Assembly (NCBI RefSeq): GCF_964355755.1
Contig: NC_092674.1
Location: 7,626,001-7,690,000 of the forward strand
DNA from: Antedon mediterranea
Lineage: Eukaryota > Animalia > Echinodermata
Length of the DNA stretch: 64,000 bases
Direction: 5' to 3'
The stretch's first letter is position 1; every line of letters starts with the position of its first letter. The notes beneath the pieces are model-generated. The model saw nothing but the letters and a program-made list of their open reading frames with translations, was not told the origin of the DNA and ran no database searches. This document shows, one piece after another, positions 51,945 to 64,000 of this stretch. The translations under genes and the position numbers were made by a program.

Positions 51945-52888
51945 TTTACCTCCGCCAAGGAGGTATATGTAATCGGTAGCGTGTGTTTGTTTGTTACTTG
52001 GCCAAATTGAAAATTGGCCAAGTATGTTGATCTGTTTGGTTTGTGTGTGTGTTTGTTACTTGGCCAAATTGAAAATTGGCCAAGTATGTTGATCTGTTTG
52101 GTTTGTGTGTTTGTTTGCTTGTTACTTGGCCAAATTGAAAATTGGCCAAGTATGTTGATCTGTTTGGTTTGTGTGTTTGTTACTTGGCCAAATTGAAAAT
52201 TGGCCAAGTATGTTGATTGGTGCGGTTTGTGTGTGTGTGTGTGTGTGTGTGTGTTTGTTTGTTTGTCATCACTCTAGCGTTCACAATTTTGATTCGAATG
52301 ACTCCAAATTACTACCATACATGTCACCTGGTGCAAGAACGACACTGCCCAATTTTGGTTAAAATCCGGACCACGGTTCCAATTCTGGACCACTTTTAGA
52401 AATTATTTTCAGACCTGCTAGTGTTAAAAGATAGGACAGAATTATCAAAAGCCGGTGAGCAGTCTTAAATTAACATGTAAACTAAAATTGCATTTTCTCG
52501 AGAACTACTTCTCCAAAAAACTTCATTTTTGTACAAGAGGCAAGAGTTATAATTTGTGATTTGTAATTTTAAAACATAAATTGATTTAATATACAGGTTT
52601 TTTGATGCGAGTAGTTTACAAAACCTATTTCTTTTCAAATTCACTCGTTTGATTTTCGCGTTGCTGTTCTATTGTTAGTCGACTGAAGCTATTGTTAATT
52701 GAAAGGCTTGTTACATAACCATTACACCAAACTCGCATACACATGCTTGTAATGAAATTAGCCTAAATCACAAACAGCATTAAGACACGCACAAATATAT
52801 ATATATATTTTTTTTTTACCGGAGAAATCTTATGTAGGAGAATTTTACAGTAGGCGGAGGTATGCCCTCTCGGAGTGGCTTTCTAGTT
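51945..52888 (+). mobile_element. Helentron-associated element (HINE) with internal ~60-bp tandem repeat
   Basis: Starts tttacctccgccaaggaggt, has (GTTT/GT)n blocks and about four units of gttacttggccaaattgaaaattggccaagtatgttgat, and ends ggcggaggt...ctctcggagtggctttctagtt. Confidence 0.82.
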
Positions 52889-53974
52889 ATTAAGGCAGAT
52901 AAACCGTGTGGAGCACGGGTTATTGGTATACCACAATTTAATTAGTAGCAAGTTTAAAAATTAGCAAGTAGGTAACATACAAATAAAAATTAAAATTGCA
53001 AAATATCAAAACCAGTGAAATAAAAATAAAACAATTCGTGTTTCCGAAGCAATGTGTTTTTCATTCGACTTTTGTCAAATTTTTTATTTTATCTCTGAGC
53101 TGATTACCACTTTCGTAATGTTTCCGCGCACATCTAATTCGCACAGCACAATTTTTGTTTAGCGTTTTTATTTTCGTAAAATCTGAACAGTCAAAGTAAA
53201 TCTAAAGTTCCATATCCACAATTGCTTTAATTTTTTAGCCTACATATATTTTAAAGTGAAGGGATAGTGTATAACAAAATCCATGGCCGTAAATACAGAA
53301 ATTCCGAATTTGATTCGTGATACAATTTGTTTTTATTTTAATAATTTGTCAAAGTACTTTTATCAGATTGCGCTTTTATTATACTTGCCCATGCAAAGTA
53401 TATAACCACATATTAAGGCAAAAATAAAAGACTGTGCGGAGCACGGGTTACTGATAGTTATTAATAATTGTTTAAAAAAATATATCTTCGGATATAAACA
53501 TGTTTCAGTGGGATAGTAAATTTCTAAATAGGAGTCAACATTTGAAATTATCATATATTGTAAAATCGGGAGAAATTAAAACAAAATATTGTTTTACAGT
53601 TGTTGAATAGAACTATTTCATAATAAAGAAATGGAATCGTACATTTCAGGTTACCGATACAACAACTCAAAAAGTTGAATGCTATACCATGCGGAATAAT
53701 AATATATCTAGTTTCAGATAGATATCTGTGATAGTCATCGTTATAAGTACGGTACACTTGTGAGAAGTTATTGCTAATGAATAATACACCACCCTCCTAC
53801 GTTACAAGGTATTGGCATAGAATGTCTAGAATACTAAAAACACATATAAAAAAAGGATTAAAAAAGATTTAGATTTATCTCTGCAACACGATCCGACACC
53901 GCGCATCGCGGGGAATATGTAAATAGCACAGTACAACTGTTGGTATTTGTCGCCGCCAGACACTCAATTGACTA

Positions 53975-54120
53975 TTATTTTAATTTTATTTTATGTCTTT
54001 AGGCAATGTGGCCGGCCAAGGATTACCAATAGTGAATTAATCACTGTCCTATCAGATAGGTGGTAATCCCCCTAATACAGGGGCAATTGTGTGAACCAGT
54101 TCACCGGGGTAACCCCCTAC
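53975..54120 (-). mobile_element. 5'-truncated copy of the Deu/Nin-domain SINE
   Basis: Reverse complement of ~63020-63160, including the (taaaa)n tail. Confidence 0.85.
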
Positions 54121-55626
54121 GAATACCTATCTTGGCGAGTCTTAGGTTTCTGTTGTTAGATTGCTTTAATGCAACTATACAGGATTCTTTTAAATAAGGG
54201 GCATGCATTTGAAATGTTACACATTAACAATATTATACCATTACGGTATATCAATGGACATTTGACGTCTTCTGACAAAAATAAACACGGGTGTCCGTTA
54301 AATAAGTAAGGGATGAACAAGGGATGAGATAAACAAGGGATGAGATAAACAAGGAATGAGATTGCAACATACCTGATGATCCAAATTGCCAACATAAACA
54401 AAGACTACAAAGCTGAAAACATTTAGAGAAAAACATCTCTACTCCTGCCCTACTAACCACTATATCTGGGTGGTTCTCAGTTGTAATGCAACGTTCGTCA
54501 GTAAATAGAATATCTTTTCCTTGTATGATCGTTTTATGTTTAACCAAGCTTCCCGTTTCTTCAATTCCTGAAACTCGATGATTGTTTTAATAGCTTAAAA
54601 TAATTCCTTAGTTTTAATCGGGGGTTAATGCACTGTACGCAGTTTAATTTTGAATAGTTCTTGTTAATATAATATCATTTCCTTGTGATGTATTTTTGAC
54701 GTTTTATGTTTAAACAAGTTTCCTGTTCTTTCAATTTCAGACACCGGACACAGATGATTATTATAATAATATTTAAATTGTTTCCTTTTACGTTACTTGA
54801 ACATTTACTTCTCCATTTCAACTTACAATGTTGTATTTAATATACTTTTTATTTACAGTGATTCCTTAATTATCTGAGGGGCTGATAGGTGAGGAGAAAA
54901 GATGAAGAGGTCACAGGATGATCGAAGATGGGAACCGATGTTAAAAGGAAGAATTTAGATGAGATAGGTAACTCTGACTTCCTCGACCAGTATGATTGGT
55001 ACCACATTTTTTGTGGTTTTCACAACTTAACATAGGGGTCAGCAGGGAAACAATAAACAAAACATGATAACAAAAAACTACTTATGCACACAAATAATAT
55101 AATACAGTTTTGTCTTTCGCACATATATACACATTGTTTTGTTCTTCAGGTTGTTCATGGATTTAGGATCAAAGGTCAGGGAATAAGGTATTTTTTGCTG
55201 TAGAAGCCTAATAGGCGTTATACTAAAACAACGGTACTGAGATCATTTAATAATTTGTAGAGTATTTAAAAATACTCTACCATTTATTATTTTCATTTTA
55301 CTCATTTTTAGCTATATACAGCTTTGAAGCTGTATATTGTAGCTAAAGCTAATTAATTTTAAATACTCTACATTTATTATTTTTAAAACAATGTTTCATG
55401 TGTGGGCCAATCAAGATTAAAACAAATGTTAGGGTAAGAGATCACATGAAAAAAGTATATTAATAGTTATATTACCATCATAATAATCCACATTGTTCTT
55501 TACTAATTCCAGTTATGATTCGAAATGGCCAACTAGGTTAATGTTCTATTGAACACGATATCTCTACTTTAAATTCGAGTGTTTGTTAAAATCATTACGT
55601 TATTTCCAATGCATAATTACCTCTGA

Positions 55627-57240
55627 CTAGATGGTTCTCGAATACACAGTAATTTCAGCGTAACAAAACTTGCGATTTCAAATGTGGTACAGCAGGACTA
55701 TAATACATTGTCGTTTACAGAAACGAATAAATAGACACGATGATTGATGTAGTCAACTAAAATTAGCACCCTGGGAATTACTTCCGAAGGAGAAACTTAT
55801 CACAAAATGAGTTCAAATTTTTGATTTGGACTCATTTAAAGAAACCCAATTTGTGTTTTGTATGTAACATTAGGGTTGAGGGATGGGAAAGCGTATAGGT
55901 ACAAAAAAGAACAATTTTTAAGTATATTCTTTATCCACTCAGTAACGAAATATTTCTTTCATGTTTTATAGGCCTATAAATAATATAGGCCTACATCTAA
56001 ATACAGTAAAACATTTGCGATTTAATACTTTGTTAAAACTGTCGATTGAAATATTAAAGTACACGATACACCGCTACGACGTTTATATTTTTGGTAATTA
56101 TTAATTAATACAAACGTTGAGAAGTAACTGTCAGTATAAAGTTTATTTGTATATAATAATGTGTTTATATATCTAAAAGTAGAGCCTATCCACAATCTCA
56201 GTAATAAAGTTTATTTGTATATATTTTTATATTACATCTATTCAGTACGAACATTCACAGTAAGAAATGTTCGATTCAAATGAGGACCAACAATAGTTAA
56301 TAGGTATTTACAGTATTTTCGAAGTATTGAGCAAGTTTATTCTCAAAGGGCCCATATATTTACCTACCGTATGTGTTAAACCAAGGGCTCATAAATTTAC
56401 CTACTTGTGTTAAACTCTGGCAGACTGAGAGATTGGGATGTTCCATTCATCGCAAATCAATACATTTGTAGAATCGTATATTAAATCTATCAAAATAGTA
56501 TTTTTTAAAGAAAATCGGACTGACTTCAACATTTGATGCTGTACTCTAGCTGTTCAACCGGTTTTCAGCTATTAAAAACAATTATCGTAGGAGGAGATAG
56601 GAAAATGCGAAGCCTCCTCGCATTTTTGTGGCGGGTATTTTTCAAGATGGACATCCATTAGACAGTGTATACCACGATCGGAAAACACCCCTCTTTGGGG
56701 CAAATCGTTGAACCTAAATTCGTTTTAATCGTCAATAACGAATTATCTAACTTAATTTAATTAGTAAATAGGGTTAAATCAGGTGGTTAAAATCAGTACC
56801 GACGCGCGATTTACCGAATTTTGCCCTTATGTAAATTTATATATAGATATTCTTTATCCTCTGAGTAACGAAATATTTTTTTTCATGTTTTATAGGCCTA
56901 TAAATAATATACCTCTAAATACAGTAAAACATTTGCGATTTAATACTTTGTTAAAACTGTCACTGTCATAATCGATTGAAATATTAAAGTATATGTCACG
57001 ATACACCACTACGACGTTTATATTATTGGTAATTATTAATTAATACAAACGTTGAGAAGGAACTGTCAGTATAAAGTTTATAACTAATTACCTAACTTAA
57101 TTTAATTAGTAAACAGGGTTACATCAGGTGTTTAAAATCAGTACCGAAAGTACGAACCAACTTTATATACCATCGAGTAAAAATTCTAGAAGTATGGCGC
57201 GATTTACCGAATTTTGCCTTTACGTAAATTTATATATAGA
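55627..57240 (-). mobile_element. Non-autonomous Helitron family A: one unit (55627-56847) plus a head-to-tail internally deleted partial unit (56848-57240)
   Basis: Two 5' TCTATATATAAATTTAC termini (56847 and 57240) and CTAG|T at 55627. It is collinear with 40994-42750. Confidence 0.9.
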
Positions 57241-60200
57241 TGAGTAGTACAAATCATGTACCAAAAACTTATTTTCTATATATTAGATTCCTTTGCTTTC
57301 TGTTGTTTGTATCCTGAATTAAATGCTATTGAATTACATAAGGAATAAGCATACCATTATTCTAAGGACTACTCAGGCTCTAAAGTTGGCAATTAAGGAA
57401 GCGATTGGAAGAGACAACAAAGCCGATAATAACGAGGAAACAATAATAACAAATCAAATATTTCTGACATTGAAGGTCAAATAAGGGAATAATGTTTTTA
57501 AACAATTTGGAATATTAATTGAAAAATGTATCAATGTGACAACATGTTGAAATTAATTCGCTAACAACATGAGACAGAAGATACTCTAGTTCAATCTAAT
57601 TTTCTATTCAGTAATAATGTAATTATTATAGCATAATACATTATCTGATATTGAGGGAGGTGTTTATTCGAATAAATACGGTATATAAAATATAATGTAT
57701 TACTATGATGAATGACAACATACAACTTACATAAACAAACATACATAAACTACTGAAATTACTGGACACGCAGTTAGTGTACACGTCCAATTCGTTATGA
57801 ATACGTCATGTACAGGGAAAAATGGAAAAGCCCAGAATATGCCACAAAGAAACTTTAAAACGTGGAGGACTCGCTGCCTAAATTGTAAAGGTGTGACAGG
57901 GCCTTTAGGGTTTAAAATAAATGGTTCACAAAAAATATTTTTGTTTTGTAATGCATATATATAATTAGCTCTTTAATTTTCCTTACTGATTTAGTTTTTT
58001 GATTATTTTATTTTGTATCTCCATTGAGATCCTGAAACTGATACCAACAGCATTGTCATTTTTTCAGTATTTTGCTTTTGATTTATAAATTATTCATAAA
58101 TATTACTTTCCTGCATAGTGTTTTATATAATATTATTATCATGTTAAATTATCATATTTTAACTTTTCGTGTAAACTATTATATGTACCGTTGTTTTGTG
58201 AACTGTTGAGGGCATCATGTATGTCAGCCTATGCCGTTTTGAGTTACCCTCGTTAAACAAAGAAAAATTCAATAACATGTAAAACTAATCTTAACAGCGC
58301 ATGAGAAGAAACATTCAATCAAGTGTTGTCGGTAATATATTTGGTATATTTCACAGTTTATTATCGTATCACATGATATTTATACTCCTTCAAACGTTAT
58401 TTATTCTATACAGAATAGTATAGCTAGACCTATGCAAGTGCACATATGCCTAGACGAACATCAGTAGGCCTATAGCACTATACTCAATACTCAACAATAG
58501 GGGCTACTATCTATAGTCACATTCCAACAGGCAGCGTCTGTTAGACTAGGCTCTAGAAAACGTATAGGTTAACAAATGGCATGATACTTACTTAAATCAA
58601 GTGAAAATTGTTCTGCAATCGACCAGCATTAGGAAAATGTAGGCTTACACACTTTGATAGATAATGTTTTAAACTTCGCGCTAACTTGCTACGACACGTC
58701 ATTTCAACTCAGGGCCTGCGGGCCGGCTGCAATATAATTGCATTAGCATCATGATTGTACTGTAGATTCATTGTCAATATTCATTAATCCACAGTATACC
58801 AGTCCGTTGTAAACCGATATTATCCTTGTTGACGGAAACAATCAGTCTTTAATTCATGCTATTCTCCAAATTCAACTCATAACATGCATTATTTAGTAAA
58901 CGTAACGTAACGTTCTTGTTTTGGTTGCTCTACGTTGTTTTTGTCGTCGGTAAAAATTTGAAAAGCCCGGCTCTTTGTCCAGTCGTTATCATAAAGTCAA
59001 ACAACAATAAAAGAGGCCACCAGTTGTCAGAAAAAACAAGAATTACTTATAAGCAGCGCACTTATTATTTATTTATTTATTTTATATTACTATTCTTCTT
59101 TCTTAATTTATCTTATTTCAACATTATAGTAGTATTATACTGACGACGGAATAGTTTCTGAGAACCACTGATACGAAGTGAATTTAAATAAAATACTTCT
59201 TACAGAATATAATGAATGTATAAGCTTTTATTACCGAAAGAAGTAGTAAGTATAATATTATTAAGCAAAATCTTAATTAAAATATGATTTCATAAATAAT
59301 AATAACCAGTTCAAAACGTAACATGACACACTCGCCTGTGCCTAGTTAGAATTGATAGTGTAATGTACAGAGCAATTTGATAATGATTTAAAGCTATTTA
59401 GGATATAAAAACTTTATTTATTTAACATCTTATTTTTATCATTTTTTAGAAGTAAAAACAGTAAATGTTGTCGATAAAGAAAGCACAGGGCAGATCGGTG
59501 TTGGATGGAGGCGGAATTATTTTTTTCCATTATTTCGCTGATTTTCAACGGACAATTAACACCTACAGCTCGTTTTCTTACTCCAAAAAAAAACGGACAT
59601 TCACTGTTATAATACAAAAAGCTTTGATTATTTACATCCTATAAAGACTCATATAAACATATACTCGCTTGTATGCAGTATATATTAATTTTATGTTCCA
59701 ATATTACATAAAGAACTCCTTCTGAAATTTGTCATACTCCATTTTATGTTCATTTTACCGCATTTTTAGTTTAGATTGAATAAGAAAGTTTCTTTTCTAA
59801 GATATATTGTCGCCGCCTCCCCCCCCCCCACAATAAAAAAACAAAATAGTCAGTTAAATTTAAAAAAAAACGCATTAGTAGGCAGCCAATTTTGGTAAAT
59901 ATATATTTTGTCGATCCAATTTTTGATAGAAGTGAATAATTATTATGTGACATTAAATTGGCATATTTTAAAAATGATTTTGTTTTCAGGAGGACAAACT
60001 TAACACAAAACAGTTAATTCAAACAAACTGAATTACACAGGGCTGTCCATTTGAAGATTAGTACAACATTAATACACGCTTTTCCATGAGTTCTTGTCTT
60101 ATTTAACTATTCAAAATGGTCCATGGTTATAACAATTTAAATCCAAATGATTACTTTACATTCAATAAGGAAAATAGAACACGAGGATATATTTCATTGT

Positions 60201-60384
60201 CGAAAAATGTAACAATTTACTTCCGGTTACAGTAAATTCTAAGTTAAAAACACAAATAGAAAGAGACTACAACCATAGAGAGCCAAATAACAATAAGAAG
60301 AATTGATGGTCACAAAAGTGGAAGCTTAAGAAATATGAATAAAAAATGAATTAAATCCATTTAACAATTGTATTTAGTATTATT

Positions 60385-61888
60385 TTACTTTACGTTAGCA
60401 TATTCCTCGTACATTTTCAGATAACACAGGGCAGCATCGTAGCAAAAGCTGTACTGAACCTATAAATACAACATTAAACACTATTACTATTATCAAATAA
60501 AGCTCTAGTTTAATGTTCTAAAAGTGATGTGCCAAAATATTGTAGTGATATGACATCACTATGTCCATATATGGGCACATCGCATTTTGTGTCACATAAA
60601 GTTGATATTGTAGACGATTACTTCGAAAGGCTTCAGATTCTGAAGTAGTTTGATAAGATGTAGATTTTTTTGGTTTATTTTATTTACGACATAAACAAAA
60701 TTGTTTTGTTTTGCAATGAATGTCTTTTTGGCGATTCAGCTTTAAAGCACCCATTGGGTTAATTGAGTTTGAGAGCACACATTCAACGAATTTTAAACAA
60801 AAGTAATTGTTAAAATGTATAAGAAATTAAACGAAAATAATCGTTGGTATGATAGAAATTCAAGAAAGATAAGAGAGACAATAAGACGCAATAAAAAGAA
60901 ACTACCTCAGAGTCCACCACAGTAGGACATGCTGACCTCAGTGTTTTAAGTGTTTGGGATACATCCACCACCTTGTCTTCTCGCATTTTCTGTATCACTG
61001 AATAAACTAGGCAAAATAATCCAGATCTACCAAAATCATCCCTATTGCATAAATGCATTGTATTAATAAACCAATACAGCCGTATTAGAATAGAAATACC
61101 AGGGAAGAGTGAAATTACCTTCACTCTTCACCAACTTGACGCCAAGTTGTTACTGTAACAAATTGTTTTGTTGTGAAAAAGAGAAATACATGTTTATCAC
61201 AGTGGAAAAGCATTTATCATATAAAATAATTATTTCAGTTAATTTTACTTTTTGATTTTACTTACATGCAATGAACAGAGATTGGTGAAGTATCATCTCG
61301 TTCCATTATTTTCATAATGATTTTAACAAATGCATCAACTTCTGGAACAGGTTCGTTTTTTGGCCATTGGTTAACCTCATACTGAACAATGTGTCGTTTT
61401 CCATCATCCTTAATGAAAAAAACAAATCAATGAATCAATTCCATATTTACAGTAAGAAGATACAGGAAATGATGGTTGATAAGCAGACGATTGATTTAAA
61501 TCACCATCTCATTTATTAAATTAAAATAGGTTACTACGATTACTTATAATTATTTCGTTTCAATTATTTCATTGATAAGTAATCTATAATATATGGCATT
61601 ATTCACTGACTTTACAAAAAAACAAATATTAACCTTTTCTAAGACGATTCGTCTCTCATTCATAAATTCATTCTGATAATTTGATTTGACAGTGACTGTA
61701 TATTCACCAAATGTTTGTTTCTGATTGATCTTTTTTGGGAGGTACAGTGCACTCGTTATATCTTCCATCTCATTTAGCTGTACTGTGACGTCACATCTAT
61801 AGTCAAACACTAAACGCCAGAAATCCATAGTATTGTTAGTATGCGATGGCGTCTGAGTAACGATAAAAGCACGATGATCACTGTACCG
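60385..61888 (-). CDS. 3' end (PTP D2 domain) of a second, tandem receptor tyrosine phosphatase; gene extends beyond the window end
   Basis: Exons ~61634-61888 (AFIVTQTP..DFWRLVFDY), 61266-61408 (QWPKNE..VHC), 60906-61042 (DDFGRSGLFC) and 60385-60459 (QYSFCYD..EYANVK*). Intron positions match the gene at 27776-29505. Confidence 0.9.
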
Positions 61889-62019
61889 CTTCGGAATAAA
61901 ACAACATAAACATTAATTGAAAAAAACACGATTATACAAAACAAAAGAGAAAATGTGGGGGATACTTGCGCATGTGTCTTTTTATATCGTTGTATAATAC
62001 TGTAAATTATTTTATTCGA

Positions 62020-64000
62020 AAGAAATCGCTCTTGACCAAAAAGGTAGTGTCGATAGAGTAGATAATTCTGTTTTTACAATAACACATTTTATGAAAAATC
62101 TGAATCTTAATGACATCTGGAGAAAAAATAACCCGGATACATGTCAATTCACATGGCGAAGGAAATCCACCCAAACGTACAGAAGGTTGGACTATTTTTT
62201 TATATCTAACGACTTATGTGAATATGTTAACACATGTGATATCAGGCCGTCAATCATGTCTGATCACCAAGCCATATCCTTAAAAATAAGTTTAACTAAT
62301 GAAGAAAGAGGCCCAGGATTATGGAAAATGAACAATTCTCACTTAGATAATGAAGATTATATAAACAACATCAAAAACATAATAGAAAGAGCTAGATTAG
62401 AAGAACTTAACCCAAAGGATAAATGGGAAATGATTAAAGTAAAAATAAAGGAATTCTCCATAAAATATGGGAAAATGAAAAATAAAAATAAATGCAAAAG
62501 AAAAGAAATACTTCAACAGGAAATTGCTATCATTAATGATTTAATTATGAAAAAGGATAATACTGATAATAATATCCAGTATGAAACAGAATTATATCAA
62601 AAAAAGAATGAACTTGAGCAAATTTACCTATTGGAAGCTAAAGGCGCTCAAATTAGGTCAAGAGTAAAGTGGATAGAAGATGGCGAACGAAACACTAAAT
62701 ACTTTCTTGGTTTAGAGAAAAATAATAGTAATAAAAAACATATTAAAAAATTAAAAAAACAGGACGGATCCATTATATCAAATTCCACAGAGATATTGAA
62801 GGAAGAGGTTAATTTCTTCAAAAAAATATATGCAAAACAAGATGTTCCTTACAAATCAATTGATAAGGAGCCTCGCTCCTAGTTGGTTCGAGGCCGACTC
62901 GCTCCTAGTTCTGGTGGTGGAACAAGTCTTCTCGGATAAGGACTATAAACCGTAGGTCCAGTGTACACAGTTATAACCTGTGTGTACTTTAAAGAAACCC
63001 AGTTCATTATTCGAAAAAGAGTAGGGGGTTACCCCGGTGAACTGGTTCACACAATAGCCCCTGTATCAGAGGGATTACCACCTATCTGATAGGACAGTGA
63101 TTAATTCACTATTGGTAATCCTTGGCCACATTGCCTAAAGACATAAAATAAAAAAATAAAATAAGTACCTATCTCATGTTAATTTAACTAAACTCACAGA
63201 GGCAGAACAAGAGATGTGTGAGGGTCATCTCTCTCTCTTCGAATGTGAGCAAGCAATAAAGAAAATGAAAAAAAATAAAGCTCCAGGCAGTGACGGTTTA
63301 ACAGTTGAGTTTTATCAACTCTTCTGGTACCTTATCTGTGACCTTGTTTGTGATGCACTAAATTATGGTTTTGCCACACAAGAAATGTCTGTGTCACAAA
63401 GAAGGGGAATAATCAACCTTATTTACAAAAAAGGTGATCACAAAGATTTAAATAACTGGCGCCCTATCACTTTACTCAATATTGACTACAAAATAGCTTC
63501 TTTTGTTCTTACAACAAGATTACATCGAGTTGCAAAGTATATAATAAACAATGACCAAAAAGGGTATGTAAAAGGTCGCTTTGGTGGTGACAATATAAGA
63601 CTAATAGAGGACATAATTACTTACATGGAAAATGAACAGCTTGAAGGTATACTTATAAGTTTAGATTTCCAAAAAGCATTTGACAGTGTCAATAGATCAT
63701 TTTTAATAGAAGCCTTAAATAAATTCAATTTTGGTATTTCATTTGTGAACTGGGTAAAAGCACTGTATAACAATACAAATTGTATATTCACAAATAATGG
63801 TTGGCAATCAGAAAGTTTTGCAATGCACCAAGGTATTAGACAAGGATGTCCCTTGTCTGCTCTATTGTTTATTTTAGTAGCTGAAGTCCTAGCTACAAAA
63901 ATAAGAGCATGTGATATGGTCAAAGGCCTGATTGTTCCTGCAGGCAATGGTATATTTAAAGATATTAAGATTGCACAGCTAGCAGATGACACTGTGCTTT
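62020..64000 (+). mobile_element. 5'-truncated Tx1/L1-clade LINE ORF2, related to 40671-48158, interrupted by a SINE; runs off the window
   Basis: LDQKGS...MKNLNLNDIWR...EAKGAQIRSRVKWIEDGERNTKYFLGLE. After the SINE the frame resumes with KNKAPGSDG, WRPITLLN, RQGCPLS and QLADDT. Confidence 0.92.
62868..63160 (+). mobile_element. Deu/Nin-domain SINE inserted into LINE ORF2
   Basis: ctcggataaggactataaaccgtaggtcc...aaaga...aagagtagggggttaccccggtg resembles the conserved Deu/Nin central domain. It has a (taaaa)n tail and an ataag duplication at 62863-62867 and 63161-63165. Confidence 0.78.

Overview
AT-rich, intron-containing animal DNA; gene structures suggest an echinoderm or related invertebrate deuterostome (inference). 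There are four genes, all on the minus strand, built by hand from GT-AG exons. (1) The 5' part of an LRP-like YWTD/EGF receptor (7087 to beyond the window start). (2) A complete 71-aa, 22-Cys metallothionein with upstream MREs (14869-16233), which the ORF track misses. (3) A receptor tyrosine phosphatase with a Tie-like Ig-Ig-EGF-FN3 ectodomain and D1+D2 domains (27776 to ~49600; first exon not located). (4) The 3' end of a tandem RPTP paralogue (60385-61888). The rest is dense with mobile DNA: a full-length Tx1/L1-clade LINE with TSDs and a nested Helitron, a second LINE interrupted by a Deu/Nin SINE, more Helitrons and HINEs, an Academ-derived foldback, a hairpin satellite and a C2H2-ZNF relic. 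The most unusual signals are micro-scale. About 30 TAGGCCTA octamers occur, and repeat-copy comparisons show some arose from plain TA sites. Four 20-27 bp CA...TG palindromes sit between 7-bp direct repeats and resemble P/Galileo-superfamily excision scars. All coordinates and counts are by eye.
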